DNA from: the human T2T-CHM13v2.0 reference genome, Homo sapiens
Assembly (NCBI RefSeq): GCF_009914755.1
Contig: NC_060930.1
Length of the DNA: 64,000 nt
Strand: one strand, 5' to 3'
Shown here: positions 23,829 through 36,682 of the stretch, piece after piece
Position numbering within the stretch: position 1 is the stretch's first letter
Layout: every line of letters starts with the position of its first letter
Program-made: the position numbers and the translations under genes
Notes under the pieces: generated by a model
Seen by the model: the letters and a program-made list of their open reading frames with translations, nothing else
What the model was told of the DNA's origin: nothing
Database searches by the model: none

Positions 23829-26800
23829 TTTCTTCAATTAAAACTTGACAGAAGAATTCTCAGAAACTTCTTTGTGATGTGTGCATTCAACTCACAGAGT
23901 TGAAGCTACCTTTCAATAGATCAGTTTTGATACTCTCTTTTTGAAGAATTTCTAGTGAATATTTCAGCAGTTTGAGGCCTATATTAGAAAAGGCAATATC
24001 TTTATAAAAAAACTACATAGAATGATTCTCGGGAACTACTTTGTTATGTGTGCGTTTTTTTCACAGAGTTTAACCTTTCTTTTGATAGAGCAGTTTTGAA
24101 ACACTCTTTTTGTAGAATCCGCAAGTGAATATTTGGACTTTTTTGAGGCCTTCATTGTAAAAGGGATTTCTTCATACAAAACGTGACAGAAAAATTCTCA
24201 GAAACTTCTTTGTGATGTGTGCATTCAACTCACAGAGTTGAACCTTCCTTTCGATAGAGCAGTTTTGAAATACTCTTTGTGGAGAGTTTCCAATTGGATA
24301 TTAAGAGCGGTAGGAGGTTTATGGTAGAAAAGGAAATATCTTCATAGAAAAACTAGACAGAATCATTCTCAGGAACTTCTTTGTGATCTGTGCATTCAGC
24401 TTCCCGAGTTTAACCTTCCTTTTGATAGAGCAGATTTGAAACACTCTTTTTGTAGAATTTCCAAGTGTATATTTAGATCGCTATGAGGCCTACGGTAGAA
24501 AACAAATATCTTCACATAAAAACTAGACAGAAGCATTGTCAGAAACTGCTTTGTGATATTTGCATGCATCTCACGGAGTTGAACATTCCACTTGATAGAG
24601 CAGTGTTGAAACACACTTTTTGAGGAATCTGCAAGTGGATATTTGGACCTCTTTGTGGCCTTCGTTTGAAACGAGATTTCTTCCTATAAAGCTAGACAGA
24701 ATAATTCTCAGAAACTTCTTTGGTATGTGTGCTTTCAACTCAGAGAGTTGAACCTTCCTTTCGATAGAGCAGTTTTGAAACTCTTTTTTTGTCGAATTTC
24801 CAATTGGGTATTGAACACCTTTTGAGGCCTATGATAGAAAAGGAAATATCTTCATAGAAAAACTAGACAGAATGATTCTCAGAAACTACTTTGTGTTGTG
24901 TGCGTTCAACTCATAGAGTTTAATATTTCTTTTGATAGAGCAGTTTTGAAACACTCTTTTTGTAAAATCTGCAAGTGAATATTTGGACTTTTTTGAGACC
25001 TTCATTGCAAACGGGTTTTCTTCAATTAAAACTTGACAGAAGAATTCTCAGAAACTTCTTTGTGATGTGTGCCTTCAACTCACAGAGTTGAACATTCCCT
25101 TCAATAGAGCAGTTTTGAAATACTCTGTTTGTAGAATTTCCAAGAGGATATTTTGAGCGGTTCAAGCGCTATGGTAGAAAAGGAAATATCTTCATAGGAA
25201 AACTAGACAGAATCATTCTCAGAAACTAGTTTGAGATGCTTGCATTCAACTTACAGAATTTAACCTTTCTTTTGATAGAGCAGTTTTGAAACACTCTTTT
25301 TGTGGAATTTGCAAGTGTATATTTAGAGCGCTTTGAGGCCTACAGTAGAAAAGGAAATATCTTCACAAAAAAACTAGACAGAAGCACTGTCATAAACTAC
25401 TTTGAGATATTTGCATTCAACTCACAGAGTTTAATCTTTCTATTCATAGAGCAGTTTTGCAACACCCTTTTTGTAGAATCAGCAAATGAATATTTGAGCT
25501 TTTTTTGAGACTCTCGTTGGAAACGGGATTTCTTCACATAAAATTTGACAGAATAATTCTCAGAAACTGTTTTGTGATGTATGCATTCAATTCACAGAGT
25601 TGAACCTTCTTTTTGGTAGAGAATTTTTAAAATAGTCCTTTGTAGAATTTCTAAGTGGATATTTTGGGCGGGTGAATCCTATGGTAGTAAAGGAAATACC
25701 TTCATAGAAAAACTAGACAGAATCATTCTCAGAAACATCTTTGTGATGTGTGAATTCAGCTTAGAAAGTTTAACCTTTCTTTTGATAGAGAAGTTTGGAA
25801 ACCCCATTTTTGTGGAATTTGCAAGTGTATATTTAGAGCGCTTTGAGACCTACGGTAGAAAAGGAAATATCTTCACAAAATACTAGACATAAGCATTTTC
25901 AGAAACTACATTGTGATATTTACATTCAACTCACAGAGTTTAACACTCCTCTTGATAGAGCAGTTTTAAAACACTTTTTTTGTAGAAACTGAAATGAATA
26001 TTTGGAATTTTTTGAAGCGTTCTTGGAAATGGGATTTCTCCATATAAAAATTGACAGAAGAATTCTCAATAACTCCCTTGTGATGTATGCATTCAACTCA
26101 CAGAGTTGAACCTTCTTTTCGAAAGAGCAGTTTTGAAATCCTCTTTTTATAGAATTTCAAGTTGTTATTTAGACCGGTTCGAGGCCTATGGTAAAAAAGG
26201 AAATATCTTCATAGAAAAACTAGACAGAATCATTCTCAGAAACTGCTTTGTGATGTGTGCATTAATCTTACAGAGTGTAACCTTTCTTCTGATAGAACAG
26301 TTTTGAAACAACCTTTTTTTGTATTTTACAAGTGTATATTTAGAGTGCTTTGAGGCCTACGGTAGAAAAGGAAATACCTTCACATAAAAACTAGACAGAA
26401 GCATTGTCAGAAACTACTTTGTGATATTTGCATTCAACTCACAGATTTCTGCAAGTGGATATTCTGACCTCATGGTGGCCATCGTTTGATACGTGATTTC
26501 TTCATATAAAACTAGACAGAAGAATTCTCAGAATCTTCACTGTGATGTGTGCTTTCAACTCTGAGAGTGGAACCTTCCTTTTGATAGAGCAGTTTTGAAA
26601 CTCTCTTTCTGAGGTGTTTCCAAGGGGATACTTAGTGCCATTTGAGGCCTATGATAGAAAACGCAATATCTTCATAGAAAAACTAGACAGAATCATACTC
26701 AGAATCAACTTTGTGATGTGTCCGTTCAACTCACAGAGTTTAACCTTTCTTTTGATAGAGCAGTTTTGAAACACGCCTTTTGTAGAATTTGCAAGTGAAT

Positions 26801-29026
26801 ATTTGGACTTTTTTGAGGCCTTCTTTGGGAAAGTGATTTCTTCATATAAAACTTGACAGAAGAAACCTCAGAAACTTCTTTGTGATGTGTGCATTCAACT
26901 CACAGAGTTGAACATTCCTCTTGATACAGCAGTTTTGAAACACTTTTTTTGTAGAATCTGCAAGTGGATATTTGGGCCTTTATGTGACTTTCATTTGAAA
27001 CGTGATTTCTTCATATAAAACAGACAGAAAAATTATCAGAAACTTCTTTGTCATGTCTGCTTTCATCTCACAGAGTTAAACCTTCCTTTCCATGTAGCAG
27101 TTTTGATAATCTCTTTTTGTAGAATTGCCAAGTGGATACTTAAAGCGGATCGAGGCCTATGGTAGAAAAGGAAATATCTTCATAAAAAAACTAGACAGAA
27201 TTTTTCTCTGAAACTACTTTGTGATGTGTGCATTCAGCTTACAGAGTTTAACATTTCTTTTGATAGAGCAGTTTTGAAACACTCTTTTTGTGGAATTTGA
27301 AAGTGCATATTTAGAGCGCTTTGAGGCCTACTGTAGAAAAGGAAATATCTTCACATTAAAAATTACCCAGAATCATTTTCAGAAACCACATTGTGATATT
27401 TGCTTTCAACTCACAGACTTGAACATTCCTCTTGATAGAGCAGTTTTGAAGCACTCTTTTTATAGAATCTGCAAGTGGATTTATGGACCTCTTGGTGGCC
27501 TTCGTTTGAAACTTGATTTCTTCATATAAAACTTGACAGAAGAATTCTCAGAAACTTCTTCGTGATGAGTGCTTTCAACTCACAGAGTTGAACCTTCCTT
27601 TCAATAGTGCAGTTTTGAAAGTCTCTTTTTGTAGAATTTCCAGTAGGATATTTAGCTCCCTTTGAAGCCTATGGTAAGAAAGGCAATATCTTCATAGAAA
27701 AACTAGACAGAATAATTCTCAGAAAGTACATTTTGTTGTGTGCATTCAACTCACAGAGTTTAACCTTTCTTTTGATAGAGCAGTTTGAAACACACTTTTT
27801 GTAGTATCTGCACGTGAATATTTGGACTTTTTTGAGGCCTTTGTTGTTAACAGGATTTCTTCATATAAAACTTGACAAAAGAATTCTCAGAAACTTCTTT
27901 GTGATGGGTGCATTGAACTCAAAGAGTTGAACCTTCTGTTCGATAGAGCAGTTTTGAAACTCTCTTTTTGTTGAATTTCCAAGTGGATATTTAGCGCCGT
28001 TTGAGGCCTATGGTAGAAAAGGCAATATCTTCATAGAAAAACTAGACAGAATGATTCTCAGAAACTACTTTGTGATGTGAGCGTTCAACTCACAGAGTTT
28101 AAGCTGTCTTTTGATAGAGCAGTTTTGAAACACTCTTTTTGTAGTATGTGCAAGTGAATATTTGGACTTTTTCGAGGACTTAGTTGGAAACAGGATTTCA
28201 TCATATAAAAGTAGACACAAGAATTCTCACAAACTTTTTGTGATGTGTGCATTCAACTCACAGACTTGAACCGACCTTTCAATAGAGGAGTTTCGAAATT
28301 CAATTTTTGTAGAATTTCCAAGTGGATATGTATAGCGGTTTGAAGCCTATGGTATAAAAGGCAATATCGTCATAGAAAAACCAGACAGAATCATTCTCAG
28401 AAACATCTTTGTGATGTGGGCATTCAGCTTACAGAGTTTAAGTTTTCTTTTGATAGAGCAGTTTTGAAACACTCTTTTTGTGGAATTTGCAAGTGTATAT
28501 TTAGAACGCTTTGATGCCTATGGTAGAAAAGGATATTTATTCACCAAAAAAATTGTACAGAAGCATTGTCGGAAACTACTTTGTGTTATTTGCATTCAAC
28601 TCACAGAGTTGAACATTCCTCTTAATAGGGCTGTTTTGAAACACTCTTTTTGTAGGATCTGCAAGTGGATATTTGGACCCATTGAGGCCTTCGTTTGAAA
28701 CGTGATTTCTTCATGTAAAACTAGGCAGAAGAATTCTCAGCAACCTCTTTGTGATGTGTGCTTTCAACTCACAGTGTTGAACCTTCCTTTGGATAGTGCA
28801 GTTTTGAGACGCTCTTTTTGTAGAATTTCCAAGTGGATATTTAGCACCGTTTGAGGCCTATACTAGAATAGGAAATATCTTCCTAGAAAAGTAGACAGAA
28901 TGATCCTCAGAAACTGCTTTGTGATGTCTGGTTCAACTCACAGAATTTAACCTTTCTTTTGATAGAACAGTTTTGAAACACTCTTTTTGTAGAATCTGCA
29001 ATTGAATATTGGGACTTTTTTGAGTC

Positions 29027-29043
29027 CTTCGTTGGAAACGGGA
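29027..29043 (+). promoter_or_regulatory. Canonical CENP-B box
   Basis: cttcgttggaaacggga. Confidence 0.9.
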
Positions 29044-32000
29044 TTTCTTCAGGTAAAACTTGACAGAAGAATTCTCAGAAACCTCATTGTGATATGTGCA
29101 TTCAACTCACAGCGTTGAATTTTCCCTTCGATAGAGCAGTTTTGAAATACTCTTTTTGTAGAATTTTCAAGTGGATATGTAGTGCGTTTCGAGGCCAATG
29201 TTAGAAAAAGAAATATCTTCATAGAAAAACTTGACAGAAACATTCTCAGAAACTACTTTGTGATGTGTGCGTTCAGCTTAGGGAGTTTAACCTTTCTTTT
29301 GATAGAGCAGTTTTGAAACAACCTTTTCGTGGAATTTGCAATTGTATATTTAGAGCGCTTCTTAGCCTACGGTAGAAAAGGAAGTATCTTCACAAAACTA
29401 GACAGAAGCATTGTCAGAAACTACTTTGTCATATTTGCATTCAGCACACAGTGTTGAACATTCCTCTAGATAGAGCACTTTTGAAACACTCTTTTAGTAG
29501 AATATGCATGTGGATATTTGGACCTCTTTGTGTCCATCATTTGATACGTGATTTCTTCATATAAAACTAGACAGAAGAATTTTGAGAAACTTCTTTGTGA
29601 TCTGTGCTTTCAACTCACAGACTTGAACCTTCCTTTCTATAGTGCTGATTTGAAAATCTCTTTTTGTAGAATTTCCAAGGGGTTATTTAGCGCCTTTTGA
29701 GGCCTCTGGTAAAATAGGCAATATCTTCATAGAAAAACTAGACCGAATCATTCTCAGAAACTACTTTCTGATGTGGGATTTCAGCTTGTAGAGTTTACCC
29801 TTTCTTTTGAAAGAGCAGTTTTGAAACACTTTTTTTGTGGAATTTGCAAATCTATATTTACAGCGCTTTGAGGACTACGTAGAAAAGGAAATATCTTCAC
29901 ATAAAAATTAGACAGAAGCATTGTCAGAAACTACTTTGTCATATTTGCCTTCAACTCATAGAGTTGAATATTCCTCTTGATAGAACAATTTTGAAACACT
30001 CTTTTTGTAGTATCTGCAAGTGGATATTTGGACCTCCTTGTGGCCCTCGTTTGAACCGTGATTTCTTCATATAAACCTAGAGAGAAGAATTCTCGAAACG
30101 TCTTTGTGATATGTGCTTCCAACTCACAGAGTTGAACCTTCCTTTCGATAGAGCAGTTTTGAGACTCCGTTTTTGTAGAATTTCCAAGTGGATATTTAGC
30201 GCCGATTGAGATCTATGTTTGAAAAGGCAATATCTTCATAGAAAAACTAGACAGAATAATTCTCAGAAACTACTTTGTGATGTGTGCGTTCAACTCACAG
30301 AGTGTAACTTTTCTTTTGATAGAGCAGTTTTGAAACACTCTTTTTGTAAAATCTGCAAGTGAATATTTGGACTTTTTTGAGGCCGGCTTTGCAGACGGGA
30401 TTTTTTCATATAAAACTTGACAGAAGAATTCTCAGAAACTTCTTTTTGATTTGTGCATTCAACTCACAGAGTTGAACCTTCCCTTCGATAGAGCAGTTTT
30501 GAAATACTCTTTTTGTAAAATTTTCAAGTGGATATGTAGTGCGGTTTGAGGCCTATGTTAGAAAAGGAAATATCTTCACAAAAAAACTAGACAGAATCAT
30601 TCTCAGAAACTACTTTATGATGTGTGCATTCAGCTTACAGAGTTTTATTTTCTTTTCATACAGCAGTTTTGAAACAACCTTTTTGTGGAATTTGCAATTG
30701 TATATTTAGAGCTCTTTGATTCCTACGGTAGAAAAGGAAGTATCTTCACAAAAAAACTAGACAGAAGCATTGTCATATACTACTTTGTCATATTTGCATT
30801 CAACCCACAGTGTTGAACATTCCTCTTGATAGAGCACTTTTGAAACACTCTTTTTGTAGAATCTGCAAGTGGATATTTGGACCTCTTTGTGTCCATCGTT
30901 TGGTATGTGATTTCTTCATATAAAACTAGACAGAAGTATTCTCAGTAACTTCTTTGTGCTGTGTGCTTTCAACTCATAGAGTTGAACCTTCCCTTCGGTA
31001 GAGCAGTTTTGAAACTCTCTTTTTGTAGAATTTCCAAGTGGATATTTAGCGCCGTTTGAGGCCTATGGTAGAAAAGGCAATATCTTCATAGAAAAACTAG
31101 ACAGAATGATTCTCGGAAACTACTTTGTGATGTGTGCATTCAACTCACAGAGTTTAACCTTTCTTTTGATGGAGCATTTTTGAAACACTCTTTTTGTAGA
31201 ATCAGCAAGTGAATATTTGGTCTTTTTTGCGTCCTTCGTTGGAAAAGGGATTTCTTCATATAAATCTTGAAAGAAGAATTCTCAGAAACTTCTTTGTGAT
31301 GTGTGCATTCAACTCACAGAGTTGAGCTTTCCCTTCGATAGAGCAGTTTTGAAATACTCTTTTTGTAGTATTTTCAAGTGGTTATGTAGTGTGATTCGAG
31401 GCCTATTGTAGAAAAGGAAATATCTTCATAGAAAAACTGAACAGAATCATTCTCAGAAACTACTTTGTGATGTGTGCATTCAGCTTACAGAGTTTAAACT
31501 TTGTTTTGGTAGAGCAGTTTTGAAACAAACTTTTTGTGGAATTTGCAATTGTATATTTAGAACGTTTTGAGGCCTACGGTAGAAAAGGAAGTATCTTCAC
31601 AAAAAAACTAGACGGAAGCATTGTCAGAAACTACTTTGTCATATTTGCATTCAACGCACAGTGTTGAACATTCCCCTTGATAGAGTACTTTTGAAACACT
31701 CTTTTTGTAGAATCTGCATGTGGATATTTGGACCTCTTTGTGTCCATCATTTGATACGTGATTTCTTCATATAAAAGTTGACAGAGGAATTTTGAGAAAC
31801 TTCTTTTTGATGTGTGCTTTCAACTCACAGAGTTGAACCTTCCTTTTGATAGTGCAGTTTTGAAACTCTCTTTTTGTAGAATTTCCAAGTGGATATTTAG
31901 TGCCGTTTGAGGCCTATGGTAGAAAAGACAATATCTTCATAGAAAAACTAGACACAGTCATTCTCAGAAATTCTTTTGTGATGTGTGCGTTAAAAATACA

Positions 32001-33948
32001 GAGTTTAAGCTTTCTTTTGATGGAGCAGTTTTGAAACACTCTTTTTGTACATGCAAGTGAATATTTGGCCTTTTTTGAGGCCTTTGTTGGAAAAGGGATT
32101 TCTTCATATAAAAGTTGACAGAAGAATTTTCAGAAACTTCTCTTTGATGTGTGCATTCAACTCACAGAGTTGAACCTAACTTTCGATAGAGCAGTTTTGT
32201 ATTTCTCTTTTTGTAGAATTTCTAAGTGGATATTTAGAGCGGTTTGAGGCCGATGGTATAAAAGGCTATATCTTCATAGAAAAACTAGATAGAATCATTC
32301 TTAGAAACCACTTTGTAGTGTGGGCATTCGGCATACAGAGTTTAACTTTTGTTTTGATAGAGCAGTTTTGAAACATTCTTTTTGTGGAATTTGCAAGGGT
32401 ATATTTAGAGCGCTTTGAAGCCTACGGTTGAAAAGGAAATCTCTTCACAAAAAAACTGTAGAGAAGCATTGTCAGAAACTACTTTATGATATTTGCATTC
32501 AACTCACAGAGTTGAACATTCCCCTTGATAGGGCTGTTTTGAAACACTCTTTTTGTAGGATCTGCAAGTGGATATTTGGACCTATTTGTGGCCTTCGTTT
32601 GAAAAGTGATTTCTTCATATAAAACTAGACAGAAGAATTCTCAGAAACTTCTTTGTGATGTGTGCTTTCAACTCACAGAGTTGAACATTCCTTTAGATAG
32701 AGCAGTTTTGAGACTCTTTTGGAGATTTTCCAAGTGAATATTTAGAGTCGTTTGAGGCCCATGGTAGAAAAGGTAATATCTTCATAGAAAAACTAGACAG
32801 AATGATTCCCAGAAAGTACTTTGTGATGTGCACATTCAACTCACAGAGTTTAGCGTTTCTTTTGATAGAGCAGATTTGAAACACTCTTTTTGTAGAATCT
32901 GCAAGTGTATATTAGGACTTTTTTGAGGCCTTCGTTTGAAATGAGATTTCTTCATATAAAACTAGACAGAAGAATTATCACAAACTTCTTTGTGATGTGT
33001 TCACTCAACTCACAGTGTTGAACCTTCCTTTGGATAGAGCAGTTTTGAAACATTCTTTTTGTAGAATTTCCGAGTGGACATTTAGAGCGGTTCGAGGCCA
33101 ATAGTAGAAAGGAATATCTTCACAGAAAAACTAGACGGAATCATTGTCAGAAACTACTTTGTGATGTGTGCATTCAGCTTACGGTGTTTATCCTTTCTTT
33201 TGATAGAGCAGTTTTGAAACATTATTTTTGGGGGATTCGCAAGTGAATATTTAGAGCGCTTTGAGGCCTATGGTAGAAAAGGAAATATCTTCACATAAAA
33301 AGTAGACAGAAGCATTGTCAGGAACTATTTTGTGATATTTGCCTTCAACTCACAGAGTTGAACATTCCTTTTGATTGAGCTGTTTTGAAACACTCTTTTT
33401 ATAGAATCTGCAAGTTGATATTTGGACCTATTTGTGGCCTTCGTTTGAAACGTGATTTCTTCATATAAAACCAGACAGAAGGATTCTCAGAAGCTTCCTT
33501 CTGATGTTTGCTTCCAGCTCACGGAGTTGAACCTTCCTTTCAATAGAGCAGTTTTGAGAATCTCTTTTTGTAGTATTTCCAAGTGGATATATAGCGCCGT
33601 TTGAGGTCTATGGTAGGAAAGGCAATATCTTCATAGAAAAACTAGACACAATGATTCTGAGATACTACATTGTGATGTGTGCGTTCAACTCACAGAGTTT
33701 AACCTTTCATTTGATAGAGCAGTTTTGAAACACTCTTTTTGTACAATTTGCATATGTGTATTTAGAGTGCTTTGAGGCCTGTGTTTGAAAGGGAATATCT
33801 TCACATAAAAACTAGACGGAAGCATTCTCAGAAACTACTTTGTGATGTTCGCATTCAAGTCACAGAGTTGAATATTCCACTTGATAGAGCAGTTTTGAAA
33901 CACTATTTTGGAAGTGTCTACTAGTGGATATTCGCGCATCTTTGAGGC

Positions 33949-33965
33949 CTTCGTTTTAAACGGGA
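33949..33965 (+). promoter_or_regulatory. Variant CENP-B box, binding core intact
   Basis: cttcgttttaaacggga fits nTTCGnnnnAnnCGGGn. Confidence 0.7.
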
Positions 33966-35306
33966 TTTCTTCATACAAAACTAGAGAGAAGAATTCTCAG
34001 AAACTTCTTGTGGTGAGTGCATTGAACTCACAGAGTTGAACTGTCCGTTCGATAGAGCAGTTTTGAAACACTCTTTTTGTCGAATTTCCAAGTGGATATT
34101 TGGAACTTTTTGAGGCCTATTGCAGAAAAGGAAATACCTTCATAGAAAAACTAGACAGAATCATTCTCAGAAATTACTTTTTGATGTGTGGGTTCAACTC
34201 ACAGTTTTTAACCTTTCTTTTGATAGAGTAGTTTTGAAACAGTCTTTTTGTAGAATTTGCAAGTGTATATTTAGAGTGCTTTGAGGCCAACGGTAGAAAC
34301 AGAAATATCTTCATATAAAAACTATATGGAAGCATTCTCAGAAACTACTTGTGATGTTTGCATTCAACTCACAGAGTTGAACATTTCTCTTGATAGAGCA
34401 GTTTTGAAACCCGCTGTTTGTAGAATCTGCAAGTGGATATTTGGACCTCTTTGAGGCCATCGTTGGTAACGGGATTTCTTCATATAAAAAAGACAGAAGA
34501 ATTCAAAGAAACTACTTTGTGATTTGTGTGTTCACCTTCCAGAGTTTAAACTTTCTGTTGATAGAGCAGCTTTGAAACACTCTTTTTCTGGAATGTGCAA
34601 GTGTATATTTAGTGTGCTTTGAGGCCTATGGTAAAAAAGGGAATATCTTCACATAAAAACTAGACGGAAGCATTCTCAGAAACCACTTTGTGATGTTTGC
34701 ATTCAACCCACAGAGTGGAACATTACTCTTGATACGGTAGTTTTGAAAAAAACTCTTTTTACAATCTGCAAGTGCAAATGAGGACCTGTTTGAGGGTTTT
34801 GTTGGAAATGGGATTTCTTCATATAAAACTTGACAGAAGAATTCTCAGAAACTTCTTTGTGAAGTGTGCATTCATCTCACAGAATTGAACCTTCCTTTCA
34901 ATTGAGCAGCTTTGAAACACTCTTTTTGTAGAGTTTCCAAGTGGATATTTAGAGCGTTTTGAGGCCTATCATAGAAAAAGAAATATCTTCATAGAAAAAC
35001 TAGACAGAATCCTTCTCAGAAACTACTTTTTGATGTGTGGTTTCAACTCACAATGTTTACCCTTTCTTTTGATAGAATAGTTTTGAAACAGTCTTTTTGT
35101 AGAATTTGCAAGTGTATATTTACAGTGCTTTGAGGCCAACTGTAGAAAAGGAAATATCTTCATATAAAAACTAGATGGAAGCATTCTCAGAAATTACTTG
35201 AGATGTTTGCATTCAACTCACAAAGTTACACATTCCTCTTGATATAGCAGTTTTGAAACACTCTTTTTGTAGAATGTGCAAGTGGATATTTGGGCCTCTT
35301 TGAGGC

Positions 35307-35323
35307 TTTCGTTTTAAACGGGA
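35307..35323 (+). promoter_or_regulatory. Variant CENP-B box, binding core intact
   Basis: tttcgttttaaacggga fits nTTCGnnnnAnnCGGGn. Confidence 0.7.
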
Positions 35324-36665
35324 TTTCTTCATACAAAACTAGACAGAAGAATTCTCATAAACTTCTTTGTGGTTTGTGCATTGAACTCACAGAATTGAAC
35401 CTTCCTTTCAATAGATCAGTATTGAAAAACTCTTTTTGTAGAATTTCCAAATGGATATTTAGAGCGCTTTGAGGCCTACGGTAGAAAAGGAAATATCTTC
35501 ATAGAGCAAATGGAAAGAATCTTTCTAAGAAACTACTATGTGATGTATGCGTTCAACTCACGGCATTTAACCTTTCTTTTGATAGAGCAGTTTTGAAACA
35601 CTCTTTTTGTAGAATTTTCATGTGTATATATAGAGTGCTTTGAGGTCTATGGTAGGAAAGGAAATATCTTCACATAAATCTAGACAGAAGGATTCTCAGA
35701 AACTACTTTGTGATGTTTGTATTACAGTCACAGCATTGAACATTCTTGATGATAGAGCAGTTTTGAAACACTGTTTTTGTGGAATCTAAAACTGGACATT
35801 TGGACCTCTTTGAGGCCTTCGTTGGAAATGGGAATTCTTCATATAAACAAGACAGAAGAATTCTCAGAAACTACTTTGTGATGTGTGCGTTCAACTCACA
35901 GAGTTTAACCTTCGTTTCGATAGAGTAGTTTGGAAACACTCTTTTTGTAGAATTTCCAAGTGTAAATTTAGAGTGCTTGGAGGCCTATGGTAGAAAAGGA
36001 AATATATTCACATACAAACTGGAAAGAAGCATTCTCGGAAACTGCTTTGTGATGTTTGCATTCAACTCACAGAGTTGAACAGTCCTCTTGATAGCGTAGT
36101 TTTGAAAGACTCTTTTTGTACAATCTGCAAATGGATATTTGGACCTCTTTGAGGCTTTCTTTTGAAAGGGAATTTCTTCATATAAAACTAGACAGAAGAA
36201 TTCACAGAAACTTCTTTGAGAAGTGTGAATTCATCTCACAGAGTTGAACATTCCTTTCGATGAAGCAGTTTTGAAACACTCTCTTTGTAGAATTTCAAGT
36301 GGATATTTGAAGCGTTTTGAGGCCTATGGTAGAAGAGGAAATATCTGCATAGAAAAACTAGACAGAATCATTCTCAGAATCTACTTTTGGATGTGTGCGT
36401 TCAACTCACAGATTTTAACATTTCTGTTGATAGAGAAGTTTTGAAACACTCTTTTTGTACAATTTGCAAGTGTATATTAAGAGTGCTTTGCGGCCTATGG
36501 TAGAAAAGGAAATATCTTCACAGAAAAACTAGACAGAAGCATTCTCAGAAACTATTTTGTGATGTTTGCATTCAACTCACAGAGTTGAACATTCCTCTTG
36601 ATAGAGCAGTATTGAAACACAATTTTTGAAGAATCTGCAGGTGAATATTTGGACCGCTTTGAGGC

Positions 36666-36682
36666 CTTCGTTGGAAACGGGA
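36666..36682 (+). promoter_or_regulatory. Canonical CENP-B box
   Basis: cttcgttggaaacggga. Confidence 0.9.

Larger units (their letters stand above)
10775..33700 (+). repeat. Divergent pentameric alpha-satellite HOR domain, block 2
   Basis: A-B-C-D-E order resumes, with frequent truncated (3-/4-mer) units and hybrid monomers. Confidence 0.85.

Noticed and set aside
25512-25528. Near-canonical CENP-B boxes (tctcgttggaaacggga here; others near 11080, 11932, 53912 and 55782)
   Set aside because: Each has a substitution in the essential TTCG or CGGG positions.
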